Shown piece after piece: positions 23,847 through 26,343 of a stretch of 26,343 nucleotides of DNA. Made by a program: the position numbers and the translations under genes. Position 1 is the first letter of the stretch, and every line of letters begins with the position of its first letter. The notes beneath the pieces were generated by a model that saw nothing but the letters and a program-made list of their open reading frames with translations, had not been told where the DNA came from and ran no database searches. The DNA is from a virus (lineage: Duplodnaviria; Caudoviricetes), in the IMG/VR virus record IMGVR_UViG_3300017655_000020, positions 1 through 26,343 of that record. One strand, 5' to 3'.

Positions 23847-24701
23847 TTACTTGCGGAACATGTTGCGGGCGATGATGTTGATGCCCAGCACCAGCAGCGT
23901 GATCAGCGTGGCGCCGGCCCAGGCCAGGTTGTTCCAGTCCTTGAAGGGGCTGGCGGCGTATTGGTAGATGACGACCGGCAGGTTGGCCATCGGGCCGTTC
24001 ATGTTCAGCGACATGAACTGGTTGGACAGCGCGGTGAACAAGAGCGGCGCGGTTTCGCCGGAGATGCGGGCGATGGCGAGCAGCACGCCGGTGATGATGC
24101 CGGACTTGGCGGCGCGATAGCACACCATGGTGATCATGCGCCACTTGGGGCAACCCAGCGCGGCGGTGGCTTCGCGCAGGCTGTTGGGCACCAGCAGCAG
24201 CATGTTGTCGGTGGTGCGGACCACGACGGGAATCACCAGGATGGACAACGCGACGGCGCCGGCCCAACCCGAGTAATGCCCGACCTGCGCCACGTACACG
24301 GCGTAGATGAAGAGGCCGATGATGATGGACGGCGCGGACAGCAGCACGTCGTTCAGGAACCGTGTGGCGGGCGCCAGCCAGCCGCGCTGGCCGTATTCGG
24401 CCAGGTAGGTGCCGGCCAGGATGCCGACCGGCGTGCCGATCAGCGTGCCCACGCCCGCCATCATCACGCTGCCCAGGATCGCGTTGAGCAGGCCGCCCGA
24501 TTGGCCCGGCGGCGGCGTGATCTCGGTGAAGAGCGTGTAGGACAGCGCGGGCGCTCCCTTCAACAGCAGCGTCATGATGATCCAGAACAGCCAGAACAGC
24601 CCGAACACCAGCGTCGTCATCGACACGGCGAGCATGACGCGGTTGACGACGCGGCGCCGGCGATAGATGCCGTTCTGCATGTTGAGTACGGATTCAGCCA
24701 T
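23847..24701 (-). CDS. pstA: Phosphate ABC transporter permease PstA
   Basis: Motifs 'GGLLNAILGS', 'YLAEY' and 'ARISGETAPLLFT'. Confidence 0.97.
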   Translation of the reverse strand: MAESVLNMQNGIYRRRRVVNRVMLAVSMTTLVFGLFWLFWIIMTLLLKGAPALSYTLFTEITPPPGQSGGLLNAILGSVMMAGVGTLIGTPVGILAGTYLAEYGQRGWLAPATRFLNDVLLSAPSIIIGLFIYAVYVAQVGHYSGWAGAVALSILVIPVVVRTTDNMLLLVPNSLREATAALGCPKWRMITMVCYRAAKSGIITGVLLAIARISGETAPLLFTALSNQFMSLNMNGPMANLPVVIYQYAASPFKDWNNLAWAGATLITLLVLGINIIARNMFRK

Positions 24702-24727
24702 GTTTTTTTCCTTGTGCTCCGGGCGTG

Positions 24728-25744
24728 TCAGGTTTTCTTGCCTTCACCCGCGGACAGGCGAACCAGCAACGCCTTGGCCAGGGCCAGCACGATGGTCGTG
24801 ATGAGGAACAGGATCAGGCCCAGTTCCAGCAACGCGGCCTTTTGAATGCCGCCCGCCTCGTTGAATTCGTTGGCGAGCGCCGAGGCGATGGAGTTGCCGG
24901 GCGAGAACAGCGAGCCCGACCACTTGAACGCGTTGCCGATGACGAACGTGACGGCCATGGTCTCACCGAGGGCCCGGCCCAGGCCGAGCATGATGCCGCC
25001 GATGACGCCCGACTTGGTGAAGGGCAGCACCACGCGCCACATCACTTCCCAGGTCGTGCTGCCCAGGCCGTAGGCCGATTCCTTGAGCATCGCGGGCACC
25101 AGTTCGAACACGTCGCGCATGACGGCCGCGATGAACGGGATGATCATGATCGACAGGATCAGGCCAGCCGTGAAGATGCCGATGCCGAAAGGTGGGCCGG
25201 CGAACAGTCCCCCAATAACGGGCAGGCTGCCGAGCGTGGCGATCAGGAAGGGCTGCACGTACTGCTGGAACACGGGCACGAAGACGAACAGGCCCCACAT
25301 GCCATAGATGATGGACGGGATGGCCGCCAGCATTTCGATGGCGGTGCCCAGCGGACGGCGCAGCCAGGTCGGCGAGAGTTCGGTGAGGAAGATCGCGATG
25401 CCGAAGGACACCGGCACGGCGATGATCAGCGCGATCGCGGAAGTGAGCAGCGTGCCGATGATCGGCACGACGGCGCCGTAGTTGGAGTTGACCGGATCCC
25501 AGTCATTGAGCCACAGGAACGACAGGCCATACTTGGCCAGCGACTCGCGGCTGCCGTAGATCAGGGAAATCAGGATCGCCGCCAGCAGGATGAACACCAG
25601 GAAGGCGAACAGGCGGGTCAGATTCTTGAACAGCGCATCCATCAGCGCGTTTTTTGTTTGCTTCATAGGCGAAGGCGTGCCGGTAGTCACGGAATCCGCC
25701 ACGCTGGGCGGAAGCGGCACACTATTATCCATTACCGCGCTCAT
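24728..25744 (-). CDS. pstC: Phosphate ABC transporter permease PstC
   Basis: Motifs '[13 protein letters not shown]', '[12 protein letters not shown]' and '[11 protein letters not shown]'. Confidence 0.97.
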   Translation of the reverse strand: MSAVMDNSVPLPPSVADSVTTGTPSPMKQTKNALMDALFKNLTRLFAFLVFILLAAILISLIYGSRESLAKYGLSFLWLNDWDPVNSNYGAVVPIIGTLLTSAIALIIAVPVSFGIAIFLTELSPTWLRRPLGTAIEMLAAIPSIIYGMWGLFVFVPVFQQYVQPFLIATLGSLPVIGGLFAGPPFGIGIFTAGLILSIMIIPFIAAVMRDVFELVPAMLKESAYGLGSTTWEVMWRVVLPFTKSGVIGGIMLGLGRALGETMAVTFVIGNAFKWSGSLFSPGNSIASALANEFNEAGGIQKAALLELGLILFLITTIVLALAKALLVRLSAGEGKKT

Positions 25745-25808
25745 GGATGGACTTTCCTTAGGAAACCTGGGGGGAGGAACAGCAGGTAGATCGGCTTGCT
25801 GACAGGCG

Positions 25809-25842
25809 GCGGCCCCGCCCGCCTCAGGGGCGTCGGGGCCGC
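25809..25842. other. GC-rich stem-loop between pstS and pstC (probable pstS mRNA stabiliser)
   Basis: Inverted repeat GCGGCCCCG...CGGGGCCGC. Confidence 0.55.
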
Positions 25843-25853
25843 GCGTTACTGCT

Positions 25854-26343
25854 TTACTTCCAGACAGCCTTGCCGTCCGCGGACTTCACTTCGCCCCAGG
25901 CGGCGCGGATTTCCTTGGTCACGGCTTCCGGCAGCGGCACGTAGTCCATGGCTTCAGCGGACTTGGCGCCGTTCTTGAACGCCCAGTCGAAGAAGTCCAG
26001 CACAGCCTTGCCCTGAACCGGCTTGTCTTGCGACTTGTGGATCAGGATGAAGGTGGCGGCGGTGACGGGCCACGAATCGGCGCCCGGCTCGTCGGTCAGG
26101 ACCACGCCCATGCCCGGCGCGCTCTTCCAGTCAGCGTTGGCAGCCGCGGCGGCAAACGCCTTCTGCTCGGGCTGGACGAACTTGCCGTCCTTGTTCTGCA
26201 GTTGGGTCCAGGCCAGCTTGTTCTGCTTGGCGTAGGCGTATTCGACGTAGCCGATCGAGTTCTTCAGCTGGCCGACGTAGGCGGCGACGCCTTCGTTGCC
26301 CTTGCCGCCCTGGCCGGTGGGCCACTTGACGGCCTTGCCTTCA
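25854..26343 (-). CDS. pstS: Phosphate-binding periplasmic protein PstS, C-terminal part (truncated by window edge)
   Basis: Frame open to the window edge: '[22 protein letters not shown]...IGYVEYAYA...[11 protein letters not shown]...DYVPLP'. Confidence 0.96.
   Translation of the reverse strand, partial: EGKAVKWPTGQGGKGNEGVAAYVGQLKNSIGYVEYAYAKQNKLAWTQLQNKDGKFVQPEQKAFAAAAANADWKSAPGMGVVLTDEPGADSWPVTAATFILIHKSQDKPVQGKAVLDFFDWAFKNGAKSAEAMDYVPLPEAVTKEIRAAWGEVKSADGKAVWK

Overview
About 22.8 kb of this window is one end of a temperate, lambdoid/HK97-like siphovirus prophage. It sits at the 3' end of a tRNA-Pro(TGG) gene, directly downstream of the host pstSCAB phosphate-transport operon. The host is a GC-rich betaproteobacterium, probably Achromobacter or Bordetella (inference from GC content and Pst sequences). 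From right to left the window holds: pstS(partial)-pstC-pstA-pstB; tRNA-Pro; att-junction elements; a low-GC 347-aa moron; an early-left operon ending in an AlpA/Xis-type gene and containing an ORF6N antirepressor; and an immunity switch (short CI with no peptidase domain, Cro, 15-bp palindromic operators). These are followed by an O-like initiator with a 9-iteron origin, a T7 gp4/Twinkle-type primase-helicase, and a Q-like antiterminator with a pR'/tR' unit. Next comes an antisense moron cluster headed by an orphan single-domain response regulator, where lysis genes would normally be. The leftmost part is HNH, terS/terL, portal, protease, capsid, head-tail genes, tail tube, a G/GT chaperone pair with a -1 frameshift, and the start of the tape measure. 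No integrase, lysis cassette or recombinase is visible. The most unusual parts are the apparently RecA/LexA-independent switch (short CI, a 205-aa co-transcribed protein with 10-bp-phased repeats, and twin identical-loop hairpins ahead of the antirepressor), the receiver-domain moron cluster with structured leaders, and the att-proximal moron. All family calls come from motif recognition by eye; no database searches were run.
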